A stretch of 64,000 nucleotides of DNA from the NCBI RefSeq assembly GCF_039654945.1, contig NW_027361684.1:19530001-19594000 (forward strand), written 5' to 3'. The DNA comes from Dendrobates tinctorius. Lineage: Eukaryota. The notes beneath the pieces are model-generated. The model made no database searches and was not told the DNA's origin. It saw nothing but the letters and a program-made list of their open reading frames with translations. The translations under genes were made by a program, and so were the position numbers. Below are positions 37,331-49,400 of the stretch, in pieces (within the stretch, counting starts at the first letter, position 1; each line of letters begins with the position of its first letter).

Positions 37331-39493
37331 ACAGGGTGGGGAAGTGTGGGAGAGAGGGTCCCCATCGAGTGTCTGGGTCGGAACCAAGGGGACCATCACC
37401 TGGGTTCCAGGGGAAACTGTTTCCGGGGGACAGAGTTCAGGGACGGACCGTGGAGACTGACAGGTGGACTGGGGGAGGAGCCAATATAAAAGGGGCGGGG
37501 AACGCGAGTCACAGTGAGTCAGCAGAACGAGACAGAAGGAGCAGGAGATCGTGGGAGCGACTGAGAGCCAGAGTGACTCACCCGAGCCAGGAAGGAGGCC
37601 AGAGACAGGAGAGATACTTCCCCTGGACATCAGTGGGACGGCGCCAAGACGACCATCCGAGAACCGCTGCCCCGCCACGACCAGCGGCCGTTGCCGCCTC
37701 GCTCCTACCTACGGCTGCTGCCTGCCCGCGGTCACCAGCGGCCGTTGCCGCCTCACTCCTGCCCGGGGCTGCGACCTGCCCGCGTACCCCAGCGGCCGCT
37801 GCCGCCTCACTCCAACCCGTCTCCCGCCGCCCACAGCCGCTCTGCCCTCACCCGTGGGCGCGGCAAGTCCAGTGTCGTCGGTGGCCACCACTGTCCCGCT
37901 CCGGTCCGTGGCAGGGGCCGAGTCTCTGCTTGCAGCGGATTCCCCGTCGCAGCTGTTAGCTGCGCAGGTGGCCTGCCCCTCGCTACCCCACATCGCTGCC
38001 ACTTGCCCCAGTCCGGGGGCTGCGGCCCATCCGTCCAAGGACTCCGCCGGGGCAGGCCTGTGGTGCTCCAGTGTCATCAGAGCGCCAGAGCGCTCAAAGA
38101 CTTTGTCAACACTTCAGCAACTGGGCCCAGTGACTGCTACGCCGAAAGACCACCATCCCGAACGGCGAGGGACGTCTGGACGGCTAAGTTGACTATATAA
38201 TTAAGGATCCGTAGTCGGCCATACCACAGGCACGTTTTTTGAAAGGTTTACTTACCCCTCATCATTATTCTAGCAGCTGTCAGCATTTTTTGACTACGAG
38301 ATAAGTTCTAATAAGCTGCATTTTTTTCTTACTTGACATCGAGATAAGATTTACAGTACGAGATAAGTTTACAGCACTATAGCACTTTTTTAATCATTGT
38401 TTTCGGTATCATAGGTGTGTGTGGCTTCTTTTTTTGTGTCCTTTTTTGTATACGCAGGGTGGTCTAGCGCGGTACTAGGGACGCCGACGTTGAGCGGGGG
38501 CGCCATGTCGTCTACAATTAGGCTACTTTCACACATCAGGTTTTCGGCGTCAGGCGCGATCCGGCGTCGTGCCGGAATGCCGGATCCGGCAAATGTTTTG
38601 TAAAACCTGAAGTGCCGGATCCGGTTTTCTGCCGGATCCGTCTTGTTCTTGACAGACAAAACCGGATCCGTCTCATCCGGTTCATCCGTTTTTCTATCCG
38701 TTTTTCTATCCGTTTTTCGACGGATTACGCCGGATCCGGTTTTTAAAATTGACCCTTGTGGCCTTCCGAACGGGATTGGCTACTGGAAAACTAGATATAG
38801 CATGTTCCTACAGCCCTTCTTTGACAGGTTGTAGAGAAGAAAGTGCAGGTTGGAGAGAAGAGCAAGTTACTGGCGAAGATGGATGTTGTCATTGGAAATA
38901 TTACCACTAGAAGTTCTGTGACAGTTTCAGGGACAATTTTCCACTATACTTTATGTCACCTCAAGGCAGAGTACACTGGGATGACAGAGTGTGAAAGATT
39001 TGTGCCCTAAACTTGTGTACCTTCTGGACCAACAGTATATACCTTTGCCAACCAAAGTTGGCTATCTTGTCATGGTCTTACTATTTTTACCTTTAGGCCA
39101 CAGGTGTGTACCTGGTTGTGTTTTATGCAAAGTATTTCACCTTTTAACAAAAGTTGTGTACATTGGTAGGAAATCACCAACAATAAACACAACTTTTTAG
39201 GTGAAATACTTTGCTTCAAACACAACCAGGAACACAACTGTGGCAAAAAGCTAAAATTTACCCACAGTTATATACCTGGTTTTGAATACCTTTTTACCTT
39301 TGAAATACCCTGTATTTAACCTTTTTTTAAAACATAGTTCGCCGCAGAAAGAAATGACAGACAACCATTGTGAAACGATAATTTAACTTTTATTTAAATT
39401 TTTTTTTTTTTTGTAAAATGTTTTTAAAGTGCAAAAAACTTTTTTAATAAAGGTTTTAAACCCAATGGGCATTTTTATTACAAAAAACACACA

Positions 39494-42081
39494 TTACAAA
39501 TCTGTGTACTGTGGGGTGGAAATACTGCTGGAGGGGCTGCGGGACACTTCGACACTGGGTGTGTGGAGAGAGGACTGGGATCGTGGTGGGGAAGGAACAG
39601 TTAGAGGTGAAGGTGTGGAAAAAGCTACAGAATGGGTGGACATGTGGGAGGCAGAAGAGGTGGTGGGCGGTGGAGTGGAGGGTTGGGCAGGGACTGTAGG
39701 AGCAGATGATGTTGATGGAAAGTTGTATGGGGAAGGAGTTTGGTACGGGGAAGGAGTTTGGTACGGGGAAGGAGTTTGGTACGGGGCAGGTTGCTGGAAG
39801 TGGGGAGATGTCTGGTACTGGGGAGGTTGCTGGTACTGGTGAGGTTGCTGGTATGTAATAGGAGGGGGAGGATGGAAAGTGGCTGGAGGGGGTGCAGATG
39901 TAATAGGAGGGGGAGGATGGAAAGTGGCTGGAGGGGGTGCAGATGTAATAGGAGGGGGAGGATGGAAAGTGGCTGGAGGGGGTGCAGGTGGAGGAACTAC
40001 AGTGGTGGGAGGTGGAGGTTGGGAGGTAACCTGCTGTAGAGCACCGTGGCACGAATGCATTACATGCATCTGCTGGGTAGGAGATAGTGTTGCCATGCGC
40101 TCCACAACAGACCTGAAAAAGGTGTGGTTTGGCGAAGATCTTGCTTCTGAATGCATGGTTTGCAGAAGTGTCTTCACCTCCAGAATGCTGGAGTTGATCT
40201 GCTGAAAGCCTGCGGAGATTTGCTCTGACAAGACTTTGAGACAGTTCTGGAAAGATGCATTCAGATGCAAGAACTCTTGCGCATAACTCTTTTCCTGACC
40301 CCTCTGCCGCTGCCGCCCAGTACCCGCAGGTGTACTAGAGGTGGCAGGGGCAGAAGGGTGGGGTAAAGGGAAAGCGATCTCCTCACCAGCAGCTTCATGT
40401 AATGTAGGCGGCCACGATGCTCCTGTGCTGGTGGATGGGACAGATGGGTCGAATGTGTGGGAAGGCTGGGAAGGTGCAGATGTACCGGGGCGGTCGAAGT
40501 GTCCCTCGGTGCCGGTCTCCTCAGGGATCGCCTCAGAAGGGTCCAATCGTGCAGGCTCCCGAGTGCTGCTCACCGTGCTGTGTAATAAAGAGAAAAAAAA
40601 ACAATTAAAATACTGACATGGTATGGCCCTGGCTGAAAAAAAAAAGTTACATCTAACATTTTTTTCACATGTGGTGTGTAATATTTACCTTCTGGTGAGC
40701 ATTGTTCCCCGGAGGAACGACAGGGCTTGTGCGTACTTGTACTTGCTCCTGCGTCCTCCAGATCCACTCGGGGCCCGCATCTCTTTATTGAACTCCTTCT
40801 TGAAACGATCCCTCACAGACCGCCACCGATTCACAATTCTGTTCCCTGAAACGAGAAAGGAGTGGTTAGTATACAACATCAGTGTTTCACAAACTCCAGT
40901 CCTCATGGTCCCCAGGGGTCATGTTTTCAGGATTTCCATAGTAAATAGAAATCCTGAACACATGATCCGTGGGGACCACGAGGACTGGAGTTCGGGAAAC
41001 ACTGGTTTACATCAAGCAACCGGTACTGTATATACTTACGCTCTTTAATCTGGGCCCGAGCTTCGAGGTCCTCCCAGCGGCCCACAAGGAGAGAACAGAT
41101 TTCCTCCCAGAGTCGTCGGGTAACGATCAGGTCAGCGTGGCGGCGGTCAGCCATATTCCAGAGCGGCTCCCTTTCTCTGACGAGATCGATGAGGCGGTCC
41201 ACATCAATCCCTCCATCCTCACCGTCAGAGTCGGGAGCACGCTGTGAAGGCTGTTAAAGAAAAAGACAAAAATAACATAATTAGCCTCCACAAAAGAAAT
41301 GAAATAAAAAGTGCAAAAAAACAAAGCAAAAATATTTATACTTACACGCTGGTGACCGCCGCGTTGCTGTCGCCGACGACCCTGGGAGGCACTGCGAGGA
41401 CCTCTTGGCCGAGCACCAGATTGGGAAGACTAGAGAAGAAAACAAAAAATGTTATGTCTTTGGATGTAGGCATTTGTTTGCTGTGTGTGGTCTGCAGAAC
41501 ATTGTTTTCTATGTGTTGTGTGTAGTGTGATGTTGTGTTTCTGCGTTTGATGCAAAAAACTTACCAATTGTGAGCCCACTCCAGGTGTCTGTCCACCCCT
41601 TGCTTCTTCTTCTGGGAGCTCCTCTTCATCTTGTGATTCCTGTTTTGAAATAAAAGGCAATGAATAGACATATATTACAGAGATGATGGATTTTGGAAAT
41701 AAAAACTTACCGTCAAACGCTGACGATGCGAGGGAGGGCTCCCAGAAGAAGATGTGCTGTCCTGTTGATGGCCAGACTCCATGGCTGTGGGTATTGCTGC
41801 TGATGTTGCTGCTGCCAGTGATGCCATTTCTGCTGCTGCTGCTGCTGCATCTCTTTGGCGGCTGTTGAATAAAGAGAAACAAAGGGCCAATGAATATCTT
41901 GATATTCCATGGCCCTAGTTTGGAGGAATGGGGGATTTGATAATTACCGTCTCTCATCTGCTGCTGGACTCCCCTCCTCAGCATGTTCCATTTGCTGCTC
42001 CATTTGGGGTGGTGCTGATGGTGCTGCTGCTGCAGATGTCTGCTGCCTTCTCCTGCTCCTGGTTCTTGGCTTGGGTGGCAT
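39494..42081 (-). CDS. Intact 7-exon MADF (Myb/SANT-like) plus BESS-like protein, 631 aa; exons 42081-41948, 41861-41711, 41639-41565, 41429-41346, 41250-41040, 40845-40689, 40577-39494
   Basis: All six introns are GT-AG with compatible phases (2,0,0,0,1,2) and there are no stops. MADF: LIDLVREREPLWN...RRLWEEI...RWRSVRDRFKKE...YKYAQALSFL. BESS-like: NHTFFRSVVERMATLSPTQQMHV. TATA at about 42114-42122; AATAAA at 39474-39479. Confidence 0.85.
40880..41004. mobile_element. Small palindromic hAT-type MITE in intron 5 of the MADF gene
   Basis: cagtgtttcacaaactccagtcctc...gaggactggagttcgggaaacactg. Confidence 0.7.
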
Positions 42082-43230
42082 GTTGGGTGTGGCTGAGGGT
42101 CCCATTGTCTTGCTTTTATATATCTCCTGTGGGCAGAGCTACTGAGCATGCTCAGACAAAAAAACCGGATCCGGCGCATTGCGGCGCTCATAGGCTTTCA
42201 TTGTGTGAAAAAGCCGGACGCGCCGGATCCGGCGTGTCAGGCTTTTTCGCCGGAGACAAAAAACGTTACAGTAGACGTTTTTTACAGACGCCGGATCGCG
42301 ACACATTGCCGGATCCGGCGAAAACCGGATGAAACGCATGGCCATCCGGCGCGATCCGGCGCAAATGCAAGTCAATGGGGGGGAAACCGGATCCGGCATT
42401 GCATTTCGCCAGATCCGGTTTCTGTCAAAAGCGCCGGATCGCGCCTGACGGCGAAAACCTGATGTGTGAAAGAGGCCGCAGGGTGCCAACCTCCGCTTTC
42501 AGGAAGGGCTGTATTACGGTATAATAGGGTATTCTAGCCCATTGCCCCTCTGATATATATTGACTTTTGAAAATGGATGTTGTTTGATTGATATTGGACC
42601 CCCTGGAATTTTGTGACTTCACATATATATGTCTCTTTTAATCATTAAATTAAAAGTTATATTTTAGGGGTTCTTCTTTTTCTGCTTTCTGGTATACTAC
42701 TTGATTTTTTGAACCCTAAATTATTCTCTTTAAGGTTTAGAATCAGTTCTCCTGACCCTGATTGACAAATGCTCACTTGGCCAGAGCGAGCAATGCTTGA
42801 ACCTTTATGACAGCCCTGTGCATACTCACTGAAAATGGACCCATTGTGTGGCGATGGACCCCCTTTCATTATTGCCTCCTGTCAGTTCCCACCGCTCACT
42901 ACTCTGATACATCCAGAAGTGTAGAGAGCGGCTTCAGAGAGAGGAGAGTGTGGAGATGATCAGTTAAGTGCCCTGCTTTGTTCAGTGCTTCACAGAATCG
43001 GTCAATATCAGCGTTGACATTCACCTATACTGTGATGCGTGAAGACAGAAGGAGCATGTAACTGATCTCCGCCATCTCTGAAGCCGCTCACTACAAAATA
43101 GCAGGTCATTTCATTTTAAGATGATACATAATGATAAACAAATTCATAATCACCTTGTTTCCACAGTGTGAGGCCCGGCTTCCCTCATATGCATGTATCG
43201 GCACTGTCACGTTCTACAGTACGCCTGTTA

Positions 43231-43612
43231 AGGGGGTTTTACACATAGCGATATCGCTAGCAATATCGCTGAAACGTCACCGATTTTGTGATACTATGTG
43301 TGATACTTACCTGCGACCGGCTCCCCCACTGTCCATCGCTGATCGCGCGAGAATGTCCGGCTCCATTTCTCGTAGTCTGCTTTCTGGTGGGGTTTCCTGC
43401 TGGCGCCGATGAGTGACGCATGGAGGCGGGCGGGAGGACGTCAGGATCGCTGTGTGTGAAAGGTGAGTATCGTGCGCTGCGTCGCTGCTGCATCGCTGTG
43501 AGATCTTCCTGTGTGGAGGCTCACTAGCGATCATTTAGCGATGCACCAGCGATCCTGACCACGTCATATCGCTGGTCGGATCGCTGGTGCATCGCTAAAT
43601 GTAAAAGGGCCT
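43231..43612. mobile_element. Harbinger-type MITE (CGATATCG/AGCGAT-rich family)
   Basis: Matches copies at 52384-52838 (inverted) and 60093-60488; TWA flanks. Confidence 0.75.
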
Positions 43613-43779
43613 TTAGGACACAGGTCCCACACCGTGCTCTCAGGATGCACTCACAGCCCTCTGAGGCAGAGTCATGGCCTTAAAGGCGAAGGAGATGTAT
43701 ACTCAGCAGCACACACTGTACGGCATACATACTGTAGATCTAGCATTCAATGAGTGCTTAAAATTGTTTTTTTTTGCAG

Positions 43780-43829
43780 GACATCAGACGGCAACCGCAT
43801 GTTTGCAGAGAACAGAAAGGGGAATATAA
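43780..43829 (+). CDS. Candidate distal terminal exon of the peroxidase (GHQTATACLQRTERGI*)
   Basis: Strong acceptor gttttttttttgcag; phase compatible with the 16151 donor; AATAAA downstream (44023, 44250, 44347). A competing proximal acceptor lies at 16403/16404. Confidence 0.3.
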
Positions 43830-43891
43830 TCACTCTATCTTCTTCAATGACTTCTGGACGTTTGTATACTCTTCAAATATAGTCTCATTAT

Positions 43892-44209
43892 GGCTCATTC
43901 ACACATCAGGGCTTTTTCTTTTACATGAAACATAGACATTATTTTTCTAGCATGCTGGGTTCCTTTTTAAACCATGACATAGTTTTTACAATCCATCTGT
44001 CATCCATTTTTCTTGGATGAAAAATAAAATTATAGAGATTTTTTAAAGCTTCTCCTATCAACTACACAGTTATAAAACAGACAGCACTTCTCAAATCAGA
44101 TCAAAATAGGACAAGCCTCCGTCTTTTTTTTTTTAAATGAATGTTTCTGTGTTATGACCATCCAAAAAACGGACAGAACACGTAGACAAAAAATGACGTG
44201 TGAATGAGC
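43892..44209. mobile_element. Harbinger-type MITE
   Basis: ggctcattcacac...gtgtgaatgagcc TIRs. Confidence 0.7.
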
Positions 44210-45430
44210 CCCTATTGTGTGTGATTTCAGAGTGCAAACTCCTATAGAAAATAAAAGTGATAGAAATAATATGAAAATAACAGAAGTGATTTCCAATCAA
44301 TTTATATAACTATGAATGTATGTAGATACTCATCCTACCACTGTTAAATAAAGGATAAAAATTACATTATACATTCTTGTACTTTTTGGAGCATCTAGTC
44401 TGGAATTTGTGATGGTGGTCTATAAAGGAATTGGCACCCACAAATATCAAAAATGAAAGAGGGGACTCACAGCATTTCCACTTCTTTAAAATGATATCTG
44501 ATTATTTAGCAACCAATAAAACAACAAAACTCCATTTAAAAATGGTATTCCACATCTGGAGTGACTAAGGACGTCTGTACGCATCAGTCTGAACCACACG
44601 TGGAAACCATTTTATAAATGGATTTTTTTAATGGATTGCTATATTAAGAAAGCCTATGAAGAATAGATTCTACTTTGACAGCGCTAGAAGCAGCAGGCAC
44701 GTGATTGCAAGCATCCAATTTGCATACATGCGGTCACGTGCCAACTACATGTGCGCAGCCTCTCTCAAGTTTATTGAGCGAGACACAATCTATTCGGAAT
44801 GTGTCTGGACATATGCAAATCACATATATGCAGTCAATTACCGCATCCTCCTGGTGCCGACATAGGAGACTCCTCGCAGCGCGCAGTGCGTGCAATGTAA
44901 GGATTCTTAAGTCTTGCAGTTACATAGAGTAAAAATCTTACATTAAAAATTATAAGTGAAGAACCAAAGTGAAATTAATATAGCTTTATTGAAAAACACA
45001 ATATATAGATATATATATATATCTATATATTAAAAAAGTGAGTGAATCTGAATGAATCGGCATCCCTGCCAGGGAAGAGGAGGATGGGTATGGTGCAGGG
45101 ACGTCGATATTACAGTACTCCCCCCCCCTTTATGCCCCTTCTTTTTCACAACCTCTGCTCAGGACCAAACCTCTTCCAATCCACAAGAAAAAAGTTTTAT
45201 CCTTTTACTCTTTTTGTGGCCAGAATATTCTCTACCTCAAAAACATCTTCAGAGCTGAATGGAGCTGGAGTGGTACCCGTACCCTTGAAGAAGTGTCATG
45301 ATCTGACAGTTTTAAATTGCACTGGGTGAACTTTTTTTTACTTTGGAAAGTTCCAAGGTGTCTTGACTGTCCCCGGTGGTGGTTAGTGGTATTGCACTTT
45401 AGGTTTTTGTGCACTTAATTATGGATCAGG

Positions 45431-46345
45431 TGTGACACCCTATAAAGGTGTGCTAGGGGTGTGCAATCACTGGCTGGTGATATTCATTCATTCATTGTTC
45501 TGAGTTGGTGAGAGCCTGGTGGAAGGATGGAGCTGAGGAGGAGTCCTGCGCAGCTTAGCCAGGGGGGACGTGTGTCAGCTATGGTGTCTGGACGAAGGGC
45601 TGGCATGGCGTGGTGGGGTCGCAGTGATGGTGTCGGCAGGAAGTGTCTGCATGGACTAGTGGAGTGGCGACTATGGAGAGTGGCACTCACCATGTGGGAC
45701 TTGGCTGCTGAACTGGACTCAAGCATGCTTGCCTTCGTGGCAGAAGCTGAACTCATCTCTGGGACTCTGTTACTAAGCAGCAGCAACTGGTGGTGGACTC
45801 TGCTCCAAGGCTGCACTATGGTGAAGGATCCTGTTATGGTGATGGATCCGGGTGGAGGAGAAGACGCACGCAGGTGGAGGGCTCTGTTGCAGGAGCATAA
45901 GCACAGAGCATAAAGCTAAGTGGTGTTTCCCCTGTATTGTCTCTTTCCCTCATGTGTGTTGTTAGTGCAGTGGTGGGATTAGTTTCCGCACCGACCAATT
46001 CCCTAGTGAGGGTTTAGGGTCAGGGCGAGCTAGGGCGTTGAGGTACGCGTGCGGCGCCCGGTGCGGAACCGGCATAGGGAACGTTAGGAGTGCAGGGACA
46101 CTGGCTCAGGGGAGCTCAGGAGGTCTCCAATTCCCTTTTCCCTATCGCAGGGCCCACCATTGTTAATGTTTCCCATGTTCCCCCTTTATTATTTAAATTC
46201 GCCTTACTGGAGGCGGGGTTTCCAGAATTATTGTATAACATGTAATACCTAAATTCGCCAGGTGGAGGCGGCGTATCCACCTGCACGCTTTATTATTTAA
46301 ATGCGCCCCACTGGAGGCAGTGTATCCAGGGTCACGTGTGTCACA
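45431..46345 (+). mobile_element. LTR-like sequence (solo LTR or fragment)
   Basis: TGTGACAC...GTGTCACA inverted ends; no TSD. Confidence 0.5.
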
Positions 46346-46429
46346 TGGGTTCGCCTTGCGGAAACATCTGCATCCAGACACACGTGATCATGACTAGAAG
46401 GAGCTAAAGACGACAGGCTTGAGAGATAC

Positions 46430-49400
46430 GTGGTATGAATTGCTGATCTGTAAAGAGGCCTGGAGCTGGAGCTCGTAGGATACGGCATTTATCTGTTTCA
46501 GAATCTCAAATGGATCGATAAAGCGAGGACCCACCTTGTACAAAAGTAGCTTGAGACAGACAAACTTCAAAGAAAACCAAACCTTGTCCCCAGGATGAAG
46601 CAGGCAAATCTAAATGCCCCTTGTTGGCGTGTTTCTTCATTCATTCCGAAGACTTCACTAATGCGGCCTTGGTGCCCTTCCAAATTCTAGAGAAGCCCTT
46701 GGTGAGAGTCTCAGCAGCAGGAACGTTGGTGGAAGCAGTTACAGTGAACGGAATATTGGGGTATTGACCTTACACAATAAAAAAGCTCACTCACATGGTT
46801 GTAGTAAGAGAATTCAGCCCAAGGCAGGAGTCCGACCCAATCACTGTGTTGAGCATTGACAAAATGCAGCCGGAAGTTGGTTAGGATCTAGTTGACCTAC
46901 TCTAGCTGGTCATTGGATTAGGGATGGTAGGCTCAAGAGAAGTCCAGGGTTACATTTAGCAGCCAACAGGTAGCCCTCCAGAATTGAAATGTGAACTGGA
47001 TGTCTCTATCAAAGATTATATACACAGGTATTCTGTGAAGACGGAAAATATACTCGATGGACTTCTCAGCAAGCACAAGGGCAAAAGGGAGACCGCACAA
47101 TGGAGTAAAGTGGACCAACTTTGAGAAGCGGTCTACAACTTTCCAAATGACGGTAGCTCCAGCCAATACTGAAAGATCTGTAATGAAGTTCATTGCAATG
47201 TGCTGCCAGGGAGCTGACGGTACGGGCAGAGGAAGTAACGGACTGTACGAAAGCTGTTACAGAGTCTTATTCTGGGCACAGGACAGACGGGCAGAGATGA
47301 AATCTGCAATATCTTTGTGAAGGGATGGCCACCAATAATGCAGTGAAATGAAAAAACCCGTTTTCTTCTGTCCGGCATGACCAGCCACTTTACAATAGTG
47401 AAAAATCCACTTCCTGTCTGGTTCAGAGATGAAGGTCTTTCAAGATGGAATCCGAGACAATTCCACCGGAGCGACGGTAAGCATCTTGGAGGACTCAATG
47501 ATGTGCTGAGGCTCCACTTCCTGGTCAGAAGACAGAAAGGACCTAGAAAGTGCATCCGCAACTTAATCGCCAACAGTTCTCTATTTCCTATCAAGCAGTT
47601 GCGTTCTGGATTTGAGAAGGCTTTGGTAAAGAAACCGTAGGTCACCATACATCCAGTTGGAGACTTCTAAGTAAGAACAGCACTGACTGCAGAGGAAAAA
47701 GCATCCACCTCCAAAAAGAATTGCTTATTACTGTCCAGTCTGCGCAGCACTGGAGCAGAAGAAATGTCTGTTTTAGGGATGCAAAGGTGCTTTCAGCCTA
47801 TGGAGTCCAAACCCTAGGGTTATCACACTTGCAGGAATAAATTGGGTGGTCCGCAAGGAGAAATGTGGAATCAACTGGCGGTAGTAATTAACGAATCTCA
47901 GAAAAAGCTGAGGTGCTTTCAGGCCATCTTGATGTGACCACTGGACAGCAGACTAGGATACATCCTCAGGCTGGTCTCAGAAATTTGTTCGAAGACGCAC
48001 TTCTCAAACTTGGCGCCCAAATGGTTCTTCCTCAACCTGGCAGATATTCCTCCAGAGTGTGGGCAGATCAGGGGAGAACACCAATAAATCATCCAGGTAT
48101 AATACCACACCAGAGTACAGTAGATCCCGGAAGATATCGTTCACTAGTTCTTAGAAGACTGCTCGGGCACTGCAGAGTGCAAATGGCATTACACAATACT
48201 CATAATGGCCATCCCGGGTGTTAAAGGCAGTCTTCCAGTCATCCTTCTGGCGTATTCGGATCACGCTATATGTTAGTTTAGTAAAGACTCTTGAACCTCT
48301 AAGTTGATCAAACAACTCTGAAATGAGGGCAAAGGATACTTATTCTTGATCATTATCTGGTTGAGGCTCCTATAGTTGGAATAAGCCATCCTTCTTAACA
48401 AAGAAGAATCCTGCTTCAGCCGGAGAGGATGACTTCCGAAGAAATCCCCTATCTATGTTTTCCTTGATATATTCGGACATGGCTCAGGTCTCTGCCTGGG
48501 AAAGAGGGTAGATATGGCCTTGAGGGGGAAAAAAACAGGAAGAAAGTCTATAGAACAGTCATATGGCCTGTGTGGTGGTAGCATTTGCACCTCCTTCTTA
48601 TCGAAGACTTCCATGTAGATCCAATAAGCGGAAGGCAAATCAGGTCAATTTGATGGAGTAGCTGAAGGTAGAGCATGGGGACAAGACATTCCTCATGATA
48701 GGACTGACAACTAAGGACTCTGCAAAGTATTTCTCCAGATCTCCAATGGAAGACAGGCTCGTGTGCTCGTAGACATGACAGGCCCTGGAACAAAGGATGG
48801 TACAGACCTGGTAGCACATAAAAGGAGATCTTCTCTGAGAGCAACGTTCCTACCCAAAGTTTTACAGGTTCAGAAACTAAAAGAAAGGCTTTGAATAGAA
48901 ATCTCCCATCTACAGATGCTACCAGCAAAGGACTCTGAAGACGTAGGATGGAGCTCTGATACCAATCCACCACAGCCTGTTGTAAGAAATTTCTTGCAGA
49001 ACCAGAGTCCAGATAGCCTGATTCAAGGAAATGGATGTTGCCACAGGAAACGGACACTGACAGAGTCAGTGGGAGTAGTTTTCACCCAGGGTAGACTCTC
49101 TTACTGAACCTAGGTCTTGGAGTCTCCCTACTTCTCCGGGCAAAACTGAATTAGATGTCCAGGACTAGCACAGAAGAAACGCCCCAAGGCACGACGGACC
49201 TCCTGATAATGCTTGTGAGATTCACCGGTCGGCTTGCATAAATTTGGAGGAGAGTGTCGAAGCTGAAGTCTGCAGCATGATTGGCTTTTGGAAGGTAGGA
49301 GCCAAGCACATAGGTCTTTTCTTTGGGATCACATCTTTGGAGCGCATCTGTAACCTGAGTGTGCATCTGAAACCTGAAGTCGATCCGAGTAGACAGGGAT

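Larger units (their letters stand above)
31359..38228 (+). mobile_element. Full-length decayed Ty3/Gypsy element; 5' LTR 31359-32461, 3' LTR 37345-38228
   Basis: TGTGG...CCACA LTRs with GC-rich internal repeats; PBS after the 5' LTR; PPT agggtggggaag before 37345; flanks GGTG/GGCA. Confidence 0.93.
38521..42477. mobile_element. PIF/Harbinger transposon, transposase-less, carrying a Myb/SANT (MADF) gene
   Basis: About 45-bp TIRs ggctactttcacacatcaggttttc...gcgatccggcg / cgccggatcgc...gaaaacctgatgtgtgaaagaggcc; TTA on the left flank only; many subterminal CCGGATCCGG palindromes. Confidence 0.85.

Noticed and set aside
38879-39010. Possible Harbinger transposase N-terminal remnant (KFCDSFR)
   Set aside because: Too short and degenerate to call without a profile search.
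41430-42191. 253-aa minus-strand ORF
   Set aside because: It runs through introns and mostly off-frame over the MADF exons; the spliced model explains the region.
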